This document shows, one piece after another, positions 37,451 through 46,320 of a stretch of 64,000 nt of DNA. The notes beneath the pieces were generated by a model. It saw only the letters and a program-made list of their open reading frames with translations. It ran no database searches and was not told where the DNA came from. Made by a program: the position numbers and the translations under genes. This DNA comes from an uncultured Acidobacteriota bacterium (GTDB taxonomy: Bacteria > Acidobacteriota > Thermoanaerobaculia > UBA5066 > Gp7-AA6). The stretch is taken from assembly GCA_963764715.1 (NCBI GenBank), contig CAVXTP010000012.1, forward strand, positions 64,001 to 128,000, read 5' to 3'. Numbering within the stretch: the first letter of the stretch is position 1; each line of letters begins with the position of its first letter.

Positions 37451-37511
37451 GGGGTCAGCCCTGAAAGAATGAAACTCGGCGGCGAAGTGTCAATCTTGCA
37501 GGTCAGGCACC
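37451..37511. repeat. GGGGTCAG-family element (copy C)
   Basis: GGGGTCAGCCCTGAAAGAATGAAACT...AAGTGTCAATCTTGCAGGTCAGGCACC. Confidence 0.8.
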
Positions 37512-37538
37512 GGCGATATCCTCCGCGCCGAGGTTCCG

Positions 37539-39344
37539 ATGAACAGACGCACGTTCCTGAAACAGCTCGGGGCGGTCCCCGTCCTGCCCGGACTCGCCTC
37601 CCTCGTTCAGGACGCCCGCGCCGTCGCGAAGCGTCCGATGCGCCGGGTGCGGCCGTCGGACGCGGCGTGGCCCTCGGCCGCGCGCTGGGAGAAGCTCAAG
37701 GCCGAGGTCGGCGGAAATCTCGTCCCCGTCGTTTCTCCGTATGCGCCCTGCACGAGCGCCCCGGGAAGCCCGGCCTGCGCGGCGCGGATCGTCGAGCTGA
37801 CGAACCCGTACTTCGTCGGTGAGCAGCCGGGCGGAACCCAGACCTCGGGCTGGCTCGACGCCTGGATCTCGGCCCCGAGCGTTTACGCCGTCGCCGCGCG
37901 CAACGCGGCCGACGTCGCCGCGGCGGTCAGCTTCGCGCGCGACAACAACCTCCGGCTCGTCGTCAAGGGCGGCGGCCACAGTTACCAGGGCACGTCGAAC
38001 GCGCCGGACTCGCTGCTCGTCTGGACGCGCGCCATGAACGCCATCACGCTCCACGACGCCTTCGTTCCGAAGGGCACCCGCGCGGCCCCGCGGCCCGCGG
38101 TCTCCGTCGAGGCCGGGGCGCGATGGTTGCCCACGTACGAGGCCGTCACGACGCGCGCGGGCCGCTACGTCCAGGGGGGCGGCTGCGCGACCGTCGGGGT
38201 CGCCGGGCTCATCCAGAGCGGAGGGTTCGGAAGCTTCTCCAAGAACTACGGCATGGCCGCCGCCGGTTTGCTCGAAGCCGAGGTCGTCACAGCCGACGGA
38301 CGGATCCGGGTCGTCAACGCCTCGTCGGAGCCGGACCTCTTCTGGGGATTGAAGGGCGGAGGCGGCGGCAGCCTCGGCGTCGTGACGCGGGTGACGCTCG
38401 CGACCCACGCGCTGCCCGACAACTTCGGCGCGGCCGAGGGACAGGTCCAGGCGAAATCGGACGCGGCGTTCCGCCGCCTGGTCGGCGAGTTCGTCCGCTT
38501 CTACAAGGCCTCGCTCTTCAACCCGCACTGGGGTGAGCAGGCCGCCTTCGGCAACGACAACTCGATCCGATTGCGCTTCGTGATGCAGGGGCTCGGCCGG
38601 AACGAAGCCGAGGCCGCGTGGAAGCGCTTCCGCGATTTCGTCGCGGCTTCCCCGCAGGACTTCCAGTGGACCGAGCCGCTCGAGGTGTCGACCTTTCCGG
38701 CGCAGCACTGGTGGGACGCCGCGTACCGCCGGGAGAACGACGCGAGCTCGATCATCGCCGACGGCCGTCCCGGGGCTCCGGCGGGCAACGTCTGGTGGGC
38801 GGGCAACGCGATCGAGGTCAACGTCTACATCTACGGGTACGAGTCGCTGTGGCTTCCGGCTCACCTCCTCGAGACGCCGGACCGGCTGGCGGACGCCCTC
38901 TTCGAGGCGACGCGGAAGTTTCCGGTCGTCCTCCACTTCAACAAGGGCCTCGCCGGCGCGCCCGCCGAACGGGTCGCGGAGGCCCGCGACACCGCCATGA
39001 ACCCGGCCGTCCTCGACGCCTTCGCCCTCGCCATCATCGCGACCGGAGCCCCGCACAGCGCGCCGGGTATCCCGGGCCACGAGCCCGATCCCGCGGCGGG
39101 CCGCGTCCAGGCCGCTGCGGTCGGGGCGGCGGCCGAGCGCCTGCGCGCCGTCGTGCCGGCTGCGGGCGCCTACGTGTCCGAGTCGAACTACTTCGACCGC
39201 TCGTTCCAGAAGTCCTACTGGGGGTCGAACTACCCTCGGCTCCAGGCCGTGAAGAAGAAGTACGACCCCGACGGCCTCTTCTTCGTCCACAACGGCGTCG
39301 GAAGCGAGGACTGGAGCGCCGACGGATTCACGCGGGTCCGGTAG
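37539..39344 (+). CDS. Tat-exported FAD-binding oxidoreductase (BBE-like)
   Basis: MNRRTFLK, KGGGHSY, GGCATVG, YWGSNYPRL..VKKKYDP. Confidence 0.92.
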   Translation: MNRRTFLKQLGAVPVLPGLASLVQDARAVAKRPMRRVRPSDAAWPSAARWEKLKAEVGGNLVPVVSPYAPCTSAPGSPACAARIVELTNPYFVGEQPGGTQTSGWLDAWISAPSVYAVAARNAADVAAAVSFARDNNLRLVVKGGGHSYQGTSNAPDSLLVWTRAMNAITLHDAFVPKGTRAAPRPAVSVEAGARWLPTYEAVTTRAGRYVQGGGCATVGVAGLIQSGGFGSFSKNYGMAAAGLLEAEVVTADGRIRVVNASSEPDLFWGLKGGGGGSLGVVTRVTLATHALPDNFGAAEGQVQAKSDAAFRRLVGEFVRFYKASLFNPHWGEQAAFGNDNSIRLRFVMQGLGRNEAEAAWKRFRDFVAASPQDFQWTEPLEVSTFPAQHWWDAAYRRENDASSIIADGRPGAPAGNVWWAGNAIEVNVYIYGYESLWLPAHLLETPDRLADALFEATRKFPVVLHFNKGLAGAPAERVAEARDTAMNPAVLDAFALAIIATGAPHSAPGIPGHEPDPAAGRVQAAAVGAAAERLRAVVPAAGAYVSESNYFDRSFQKSYWGSNYPRLQAVKKKYDPDGLFFVHNGVGSEDWSADGFTRVR

Positions 39345-39348
39345 AACC

Positions 39349-39427
39349 GGGGTCAGCCCTGCAAGATTGACACTTGGTTCCAGGCCTGAAGGATCGAAGG
39401 AAGTTTCATTCTTGCAGGTCAGGCCCC
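39349..39427. repeat. GGGGTCAG-family element (copy D, interior inverted relative to C)
   Basis: TGCAAGATTGACACTT and AGTTTCATTCTT are reverse complements of segments of copy C. Confidence 0.8.
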
Positions 39428-39437
39428 TCAGTCGCCA

Positions 39438-42122
39438 TCAGTCGGAGCGGAGGGCGAGGAGGGGGTCGACGCGGGCGGCGCGGCGCGCCGGCACCCAGCA
39501 GGCGAGGACGGCGACGGCGAGTAGCAGGGCCGAGAGTCCGCCGAAGGTCCAGGGGTCGATCGGCCGCACGCCGTAGAGGAAGCCCGACATCAGCCGCGTC
39601 ACACCGCCCGCGGCGAGGAGGCCGAGGACGATCCCCGCGCAGGCGAGGCGGGCCCCCTGCCCCACGACCATGCCGAAGACGTGCCCGCGCGTCGCGCCGA
39701 GCGCCATCCGCACGCCGATCTCCCGCGTGCGCTGGGCCACCGAGTACGAGATCACGCCATACATCCCGATCATCGCGAGAACGAGCGCGAGCCCGCCGAA
39801 GGCCGCGACGAGCGTCATCGAGAATCGCGGCCGTGCCATCGACTCCCCGACGAGGGAGCTCAGCGTCGCGACCCGCGCGAGCGGCAGGTCCGGATCGACG
39901 CCGCGAAGCGCGCGCTTGACGCTCGCGGTGATCGCCGCCGGGTCCGCGGCCGTCCGGACCGCCGCCTGTAGCGTCTGCATCGGCGGCCAGATCCGGATCT
40001 CGTTCTGGGTGTACGGCACGTACATCTCGGGCGCCGGCTCCTCGCGGAGCGAGTAGTGCTTGAGGTCGGCCGTGATGCCGACGATCCGCCGCGTCGGCCA
40101 GCGCGTGTCCGCCACGCCGACCTCGCGGCCGAGCGGGTCCTCGCCCGGCCAGTACTTGCGCGCCATGGCCCCGTTGATGATCGTGACCGGCCCGGAGTCC
40201 GCGGTGTCGGTGCTCTGGAAGTCGCGCCCGCGCGTCAGCCGCGCGCCGATCGCGTCGAGATAGCCCGGCGAGGCGAAGGAGTAGTTCGCGAACGGCCGCT
40301 CGCGCTCGTCGGCCGGAGCATGGCCCGGAATCCGGATGACGGTGCTGTCCGGCGCGCCGCCCATCGGCACGGCCGACGAGAGCCCCGCCGCGCCGACGCC
40401 CGGCACCTCGCGGAGCGCGGAGAGTGCGCGCGTGTAGAGCTGCGCCATGCGGTCCGGATCGGGATACTTCGAAGCCGGCAGCGTGAGCTGAAACGTGAGC
40501 ACCCGCTCGGGCCGGAAGCCGCTGTCGCTCTCCCGCATCTCGACGAAGGTCCGCACCAGGAGCCCCGTCGCGATGACGAGCACGAGGGCGAGCGCCACCT
40601 CCGAGACGAGGAGCCCGCCGTGAATCCGCCGCGCCAGTCCGGAGCCGACCGTCCTCGCCCCGTCCTGCTTGAGAGAGTCGACGACCCGTCCCCGCGCCGC
40701 GCCGAGCGCCGGCAGCAACCCGACGAGGAGACCCACGGCGAGCGTGACGACGAGCATGAACCCGAAGGCGCGCGCGTCGAGCCGCACCTCCTCGAGCCGG
40801 GGAACGTTGGGCGGGCCGTACACGCGGACCGCGAGAAGGCAGGCTTTCGCGACGAGGCCGGCGAGAAGGCCGCCCGCCCCCGCGAGGATCAGGCTCTCGG
40901 TCAGAAACTGCGCGACGAGCCTCCCCGGCGAGGCTCCGAGCGCCCGCCGCAGGGTGATCTCGCGGCGGCGCGCGAGCGAGCGCGTGAAGGTCAGGCTCGC
41001 GACGTTGCAGGCCGCGATGAGAAGGACCACGCCGACGGCGCCGAAGATGAGCCGCAGCGGCCGGCGCACGTCGCCGGAGACCTGGCGGGGCAGCGGCGTC
41101 GCCCGCGACCGCCACCAGCCCTTCCCCGCCGGGATCTCCCGGTCGAGCCGGCTCGCGAAGAGGTCGAGCTCCGCCTGCGCCCCTTCGAGCGTCGCCCGCG
41201 GCGCGAGCCTTCCGAACACGGCGAGCTCCGACGGCCCCCGCTGCGCCGGCGCGAGGCGGAGCGGCACCCAGACCTGCGGCCGCGGCGGGTAGGCGAGGGA
41301 CGCGGGCATCTCCCCGGCGCGCGGAAACGCGAAGAGGGGCGGCATGACGCCGATGACCATCCAGGGCTCGCCGTCGAGCGAGATCGGACGGCCGAGAACC
41401 CCGGGGTCGCCGCCGAAGCGGTCGCGCCACGTCCGGTCGCTCAGGACGACGACCCGCTCGCCGTCGGGACGGTCCTCGGCGGCCGTGAAGGCGCGGCCGA
41501 GCGGCGGCCGGACGCCGAGCGTCTCGAAGAAACCGGCCGACGCGCGGATGCCGTCGAGCCGCTCGGGCTCCCCCGTTCCGGTCAGGTTGAACGACGCCGG
41601 CTTGAAGGCCGCGAGCGTCGAGAACGTCCTCGCGCTCGCCGCGAGGAGCTGGAAGTCCCGGGCTCCCCAGGGAAGCTGATCGTTGCCGAAGATCTCGGCG
41701 ATCGGCGCGCGGCGCCACGGCACGAGAATCCGCTCGGCCTGCGGGTACGGCAGCGGCTCGAGAAGCACCGCGTCGACGACGCTGAAGACCGCGGCGCTCG
41801 CCCCGATCCCCAGGGCGAGCGTCGCGACGGCGACGAGCGTGAAGCCGGGCTGCTTGCGCAGGAGGCGCAGCGCCTGGCGGACGTCCCGGCCGAAAGTCTC
41901 GAGGACCCGCACGCCTCGCGCGTCCCGGCACTCCTCCTGCACCTGCGCGACGCCGCCGAGCGCCAGCGCCGCCTGGCGCCGGGCCTCCCCGGGAGGCACG
42001 CCCGCCTCGATCCGCCGTTCGACCTCGTGCTCGAGATGCGCCGCGAGCTCCTCGTCGAGCTCCTGCTCGACGGCGTCGCGGCGGAAGAGCGCGCGCAGCC
42101 GGAATCGAAGGTCGCTCAGCAT
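39438..42122 (-). CDS. Acidobacterial duplicated orphan ABC permease (MacB/FtsX repeats)
   Basis: ELDEEL..H, TLALGIGA, LLIAACNVA, QRTREIGVRMALGA, PARRAARVDP. Confidence 0.92.
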   Translation of the reverse strand: MLSDLRFRLRALFRRDAVEQELDEELAAHLEHEVERRIEAGVPPGEARRQAALALGGVAQVQEECRDARGVRVLETFGRDVRQALRLLRKQPGFTLVAVATLALGIGASAAVFSVVDAVLLEPLPYPQAERILVPWRRAPIAEIFGNDQLPWGARDFQLLAASARTFSTLAAFKPASFNLTGTGEPERLDGIRASAGFFETLGVRPPLGRAFTAAEDRPDGERVVVLSDRTWRDRFGGDPGVLGRPISLDGEPWMVIGVMPPLFAFPRAGEMPASLAYPPRPQVWVPLRLAPAQRGPSELAVFGRLAPRATLEGAQAELDLFASRLDREIPAGKGWWRSRATPLPRQVSGDVRRPLRLIFGAVGVVLLIAACNVASLTFTRSLARRREITLRRALGASPGRLVAQFLTESLILAGAGGLLAGLVAKACLLAVRVYGPPNVPRLEEVRLDARAFGFMLVVTLAVGLLVGLLPALGAARGRVVDSLKQDGARTVGSGLARRIHGGLLVSEVALALVLVIATGLLVRTFVEMRESDSGFRPERVLTFQLTLPASKYPDPDRMAQLYTRALSALREVPGVGAAGLSSAVPMGGAPDSTVIRIPGHAPADERERPFANYSFASPGYLDAIGARLTRGRDFQSTDTADSGPVTIINGAMARKYWPGEDPLGREVGVADTRWPTRRIVGITADLKHYSLREEPAPEMYVPYTQNEIRIWPPMQTLQAAVRTAADPAAITASVKRALRGVDPDLPLARVATLSSLVGESMARPRFSMTLVAAFGGLALVLAMIGMYGVISYSVAQRTREIGVRMALGATRGHVFGMVVGQGARLACAGIVLGLLAAGGVTRLMSGFLYGVRPIDPWTFGGLSALLLAVAVLACWVPARRAARVDPLLALRSD

Positions 42123-42133
42123 TCCCGCCTCCT

Positions 42134-42463
42134 TCAGGCCGTCCCGAGGACCTGCGCCACGGCGGCGGCGAGCCGCCTCCAGTCCCGCTTCTTGCGCTCG
42201 AGCAGCGACCGGCCGCGCGCCGTCAGCTCGTAGAACTTCGCGCGCCGGTTGGCGGGCGTCGTGCCCCACGCGTGCGTGACCCACCCGCGCCGCTCCAGAC
42301 GGTGGAGCGCCGGGTACAGGGAGCCCTGCGCGACGCGCAGCGCGTCGCCCGAGATCTGCTGCAGTCTCGCGGCGATCGCCCAGCCGTGCTGCGGCGAGAG
42401 CGCCAGGGTGCGCAGGATGAGGAGGTCCAGCGTGCCCTGCGGAAGCTCGATCCGGTCGCGCAT
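42134..42463 (-). CDS. PadR family regulator (acidobacterial type)
   Basis: QGTLDLLIL, GSLYPALHRLE, NRRAKFYELT..G. Confidence 0.92.
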   Translation of the reverse strand: MRDRIELPQGTLDLLILRTLALSPQHGWAIAARLQQISGDALRVAQGSLYPALHRLERRGWVTHAWGTTPANRRAKFYELTARGRSLLERKKRDWRRLAAAVAQVLGTA

Positions 42464-42478
42464 CGTGCTCTCCCCTGT

Positions 42479-42520
42479 CGCTTCGACAACAGCGAGCCTA
42501 GCAGCCGTGTTGTCGAAGCG
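42479..42520. promoter_or_regulatory. Inverted repeat upstream of padR, likely operator
   Basis: CGCTTCGACAACA-N16-TGTTGTCGAAGCG, 13-bp perfect arms. Confidence 0.65.
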
Positions 42521-42594
42521 CAAGGGAAGACGCCGGCACGCGACGCCAAGAAGTTCCCGAGGATGCGGCCTCGCCGCGAGGCTATGCTGGCGGC

Positions 42595-43902
42595 GTGAGA
42601 TCGCCTTCGCGGAGGACGCGCGGCGCGGCGTGGAGTCTCGCGGCGGCGCTATCCGTCCTCGCGCTCGCCGCGGCCTCGTCCCGCGTCGCCCCGGCCGCGG
42701 AACCGCCGGGCAGCTTCGCGATCGTCCATGCCTCCGTCGTTCCGATGGACGCCGAGCGGGTGCTCCGCGACCAGGTCGTCCTGGTCTCCGGCGACCGCAT
42801 CGCGGCCGTCGGGCCGGCGGAAGAGGTCGCGATCCCGCCCCGCGCCGGCATCGTCGACGCGCAGGGCGCCTACGTTCTCCCCGGCCTCGTCGACATGCAC
42901 GTCCACATCCGCCGGGCCGAGCTCGCGGCCTACGTCGAGAACGGGGTGACGTCGGTCCGGAACATGTGGGGATACGCGAGCCTGCCGCCCGTGATCGCCG
43001 ACGTTGCGGCCGGCCGCCGCCTCGGCCCGACGATCTACTCCGCCAGCCCGGGCCTCGACGGGACCCACGCGGTCTGGCCCGAGACCCGGATCGTCGACGA
43101 CCCCGCCGCCGCCGAGGCCGCCGTCGCGGACCAGGTCGCGGCCGGCTGGCGTTTCATCAAGGTCTACAACAGTCTCTCCCTCGCGTCCTACGACGCGATC
43201 GTCGCGGCGGCGGGAAGCCGCGGAATCCGGGTCGTCGGCCACGTCCCGAATTCCGTGCCGATCGAGCACGCTCTCGACTCGGGGCAGGCCTCGATCGAGC
43301 ACCTCCGGGGCTACGACCTCGTCCTCACGCGCTCGGGGCAGGCGAATGCGGCCGCGTGGGCGGACATCGACCCCGCGCGGATTCCGGACCTCTCCGCGCG
43401 AACGGCCGCGGCGGGAACCTGGAACTGTCCGACGCTCGCAATCTACGAGATCTTCTCGCGGAGCCTGCCGGGCGGAGCCCGCGAGCGCGCCGTCGCGAAC
43501 CGCGGCGCCGTCGTCCGGGCGCTCCGCGACGCCGGAGCTCCCCTGCTCGCCGGAACGGACGCCGGGATCGATCAGACCGAAGCCGGGACTTCGATCCACG
43601 ACGAGCTCGCGCAGCTCGTCGCCGCCGGGTTGACCCCGTACGAGGCCATTCGCGCCGCGACCTCCGGCGCCGCCGAGTTCCTCCGGGAGCAGGCCGAGAT
43701 CGGCCGCATCGCGCCCGGCCTCCGGGCCGACCTACTGGTCGTCGACGGGAACCCGCTCGAGGACGTCGGCGCGCTGCGCGCGATCGGGGCCGTCGTGCTG
43801 CGCGGCGCCTGGCGCTCGGTCGGGGGCGGCCGCTCCCCGGTGATCCCGGCGGCGCCGCGCGACGGACGCGGTCCCCGCCCGCAGCCCCGCCCGCCGGCGT
43901 AG
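42595..43902 (+). CDS. Amidohydrolase family protein
   Basis: PGLVDMHVH, FIKVY, VGHVP, SIEH, AGTDAG. Confidence 0.9.
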   Translation: MRSPSRRTRGAAWSLAAALSVLALAAASSRVAPAAEPPGSFAIVHASVVPMDAERVLRDQVVLVSGDRIAAVGPAEEVAIPPRAGIVDAQGAYVLPGLVDMHVHIRRAELAAYVENGVTSVRNMWGYASLPPVIADVAAGRRLGPTIYSASPGLDGTHAVWPETRIVDDPAAAEAAVADQVAAGWRFIKVYNSLSLASYDAIVAAAGSRGIRVVGHVPNSVPIEHALDSGQASIEHLRGYDLVLTRSGQANAAAWADIDPARIPDLSARTAAAGTWNCPTLAIYEIFSRSLPGGARERAVANRGAVVRALRDAGAPLLAGTDAGIDQTEAGTSIHDELAQLVAAGLTPYEAIRAATSGAAEFLREQAEIGRIAPGLRADLLVVDGNPLEDVGALRAIGAVVLRGAWRSVGGGRSPVIPAAPRDGRGPRPQPRPPA

Positions 43903-43914
43903 CCCGGGCCCGGC

Positions 43915-44340
43915 TCAGCTGCGCCTTCTCGTTCCCCGCAGCTCCGGCTTGATGTCGACGACCGGCGTGCCGTCGATCGCCTCGATCGGACCGACGCGCA
44001 GGCGGTTGCCTTCGATCGCCCGCACCGTCACGGGATGGAGGCCCAGTGGATTCGGGCGGTCCGGGGAACGCGTGGCGAAGACGCCCGTGAGCGGATTCCG
44101 CGGGTCGGACCGCGGCCGGACGCGGAGGACATCCCGGCGGGCCCGATGAAGCCACGTGACGACGAGGATCCGGTCGCCCGGGGCGAGGCCCCGGAGGCCT
44201 CTCGCGGCCCACGGCCGGATCTCGAGCCAGGCGTCGGGCGCTCCCTCCGAGCCCTGCATCGGCGCCTCGCCGCGCTTCTTCAGGACGGACCGGATCGTGC
44301 CGACCGTCCGCAGCTGCGCCGCCGGAGCTGCCCGGCTCAT
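43915..44340 (-). CDS. tsaA: tRNA m6t6A37 methyltransferase TrmO/TsaA-like
   Basis: GVFATRSPDRPNPLGL, DGTPVVDIKP. Confidence 0.88.
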   Translation of the reverse strand: MSRAAPAAQLRTVGTIRSVLKKRGEAPMQGSEGAPDAWLEIRPWAARGLRGLAPGDRILVVTWLHRARRDVLRVRPRSDPRNPLTGVFATRSPDRPNPLGLHPVTVRAIEGNRLRVGPIEAIDGTPVVDIKPELRGTRRRS

Positions 44341-44504
44341 CGGCCAAGCATCACCCTCGCCGTGCTTCCTCATGGGCATGACAGGCGAAACCTAGCAAAT
44401 CGGACGAAGAGATCGTCGCCGTCGGGAGGCTCGCGGCCGAGCGGCTGCGCTCCCAGGCCCGTTCGGGAAGGTTCCCGGCTCCAGACCTGTTATTCCCGGC
44501 CGAG

Positions 44505-45164
44505 ATGAAACGCCAGACAACCTTCTTCCTTGCCCTGTTCTCCTGCGCGCTCGCGGCGCAGGCCGGCCAGGACTCGAAGCCGGCCCGGCCGTCCGACTGG
44601 GCGACCCCCGTCAGTGGCACCAGCGTCGGAAACCTGTATCTAATCGAGGACGGCTTCTACCGTGGCGCCCAGCCGAGCGCCGCCGGCTTCCAGGAGCTCG
44701 CCACTCTGGGGGTGCGGAGCGTTCTCGACCTGGCCGGAGGCGCCGGAGACGGGCAGGTTGTCCGCGACGGTTCCGTGAAGCTGTTTCACGTTCCCATGAG
44801 CGCCTGGGGCCTCCACGACGATCTCGTTCTCCAGGCGCTGCGGATCATGATCGACCCGCAGAACCGGCCCCTGATGATCCACTGCCAGCACGGCGCCGAT
44901 CGGACCGGAGCGCTGGTGGCGTTGTACCGCGTCGTCGCCCAGGGCTGGAGCAAGGAACAGGCGGTCCGCGAGATGAGCCGGGGCGGCTACCACCACAACG
45001 CCCTCTGGAGGAACCTCGACCGGTACGTCCTCAAGGCGGACGTCGCGGCGTTGCGCCGGGAGCTCGGGCTGCCGGCCGCCCCCGTGCCGGCGTCCGTCGA
45101 GCCCAGGACGGACCTTCCCGTGCTCGCCGTGATCCCGGGCGTCGCGACCGGGTCCCCGCAGTAG
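44505..45164 (+). CDS. Secreted protein tyrosine / dual-specificity phosphatase family protein
   Basis: YRGAQP, HCQHGADRTG catalytic loop; signal peptide. Confidence 0.88.
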   Translation: MKRQTTFFLALFSCALAAQAGQDSKPARPSDWATPVSGTSVGNLYLIEDGFYRGAQPSAAGFQELATLGVRSVLDLAGGAGDGQVVRDGSVKLFHVPMSAWGLHDDLVLQALRIMIDPQNRPLMIHCQHGADRTGALVALYRVVAQGWSKEQAVREMSRGGYHHNALWRNLDRYVLKADVAALRRELGLPAAPVPASVEPRTDLPVLAVIPGVATGSPQ

Positions 45165-45198
45165 TCCGGGTCCCGGGTTCGTCAGGGAACCCGCCGCC

Positions 45199-45271
45199 TC
45201 AGGCTCCGCCCCGTAAGCGACTCATGAAGTCCCGGACGACTTGCGCGATTTGATCCACCGCCGTGTCGACG
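45199..45271 (-). pseudogene. Probable 3' remnant of an alpha/beta hydrolase
   Basis: DTAVDQIAQVVRDFM resembles the last helix after the catalytic His in epoxide-hydrolase-like enzymes; no upstream body. Confidence 0.3.
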
Positions 45272-45292
45272 GACTCGGGGAGCGTCGTCTCG

Positions 45293-45982
45293 TCACAACG
45301 GCAGTTCACCTCCGGACTGCTCCGCCGCCATGTACGCCGCGTACCAGTCGGCCCAGTTTGCGTCGCGCTGCCCGGTGCGCTTCTCGTGCTCGCCGTGCGC
45401 GGCCTCCGCGCGCCGCATCGCGCTCGCGAGATCCGGCACGGAAGCGAACGTCGTGGCGTTCGAGTCGATCCGGCCCGGGAGACGCGTAGTGATCTCCTGC
45501 AGCAGCCAGCCGTTGCCGTCGGGATCGCTGAACGAGGCGAACGAGCGATAGCTGCGGTGCTCGGGGTCCGGACCGCTGACCCGGACCCGCCCGAACAGGT
45601 AGGCCTCGTCCGAGCCCGTGAACCTGTCGCCCGCACCGTGGAACACCTCGCTGACGTCGACGCCGCGGTGGACCAGCTCGGCCCGGGCGGCCTCGATGTC
45701 GGAGACAATCAGGTACAGACCCTGGGCGGAGCCGGGTGCCGCCCCGGTCACGTTCTTTCCGAAGATGACCGAGCACCCGGAGCCCGGCGGCGTGAACTGC
45801 ATCGCGCGGTAGTCGTCGCCGGAGGCGAACTCGGCGTCGAGCCGCCACCCGAGCCTCCCGTAGAACTCTTTCGCGCGGTCGACATTGGAGACGGGGATGA
45901 CGACGATCTCGAGCTTGGTGTCGATCTTTGCTGCACGCGGGTCGGTGGTCGCTTCATCACGGACGGTTGCGGTGGTACTCAC
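45293..45982 (-). CDS. VOC / glyoxalase family protein
   Basis: LEIVVIPVSNVDRAKEFY, QFTPPGS, FSDPDGNGWLLQE. Confidence 0.9.
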   Translation of the reverse strand: MSTTATVRDEATTDPRAAKIDTKLEIVVIPVSNVDRAKEFYGRLGWRLDAEFASGDDYRAMQFTPPGSGCSVIFGKNVTGAAPGSAQGLYLIVSDIEAARAELVHRGVDVSEVFHGAGDRFTGSDEAYLFGRVRVSGPDPEHRSYRSFASFSDPDGNGWLLQEITTRLPGRIDSNATTFASVPDLASAMRRAEAAHGEHEKRTGQRDANWADWYAAYMAAEQSGGELPL

Positions 45983-46176
45983 GCCTGCCTCCTGGTTTTG
46001 TTGCCCGGTCCAAGGGCATTTCCAGACCGTTGTTTATCACGCGAACAGGGTCGAGATCCCTCTGCAGGTCGCGTCGGAACCCGACGCCGGGTCAAATGGC
46101 GAGCATATGAAGACGAAGCTGCAGGATGGGGTCCAGGACGCTCGTGCACGGGAGGGCCCCGAGGGCGGAAATCTCG

Positions 46177-46215
46177 TTGGAACGAGAAGCAGGATCGAAC
46201 CCGCGACGTCCAGCC
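46177..46215 (-). mobile_element. Degenerate copy of the tRNA-Gly 3' half (att-like scar)
   Basis: TTGGAACGAGAAGCAGGATCGAACCCGCGACGTCCAGCC vs tRNA TTGGAGCGGGAAACGGGGATCGAACCCGCGACTTCCACC; 16-nt exact core. Confidence 0.75.
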
Positions 46216-46320
46216 CAGGGCGACCCGGCCTCAAAAGAAAAGCGCCCGATTTCTCAGGCGCTTGCGACGGTTGCCGGCGCTGCCGGAGCCGGCCTTCCGC
46301 GACGATTTACCCGGCGCTGC

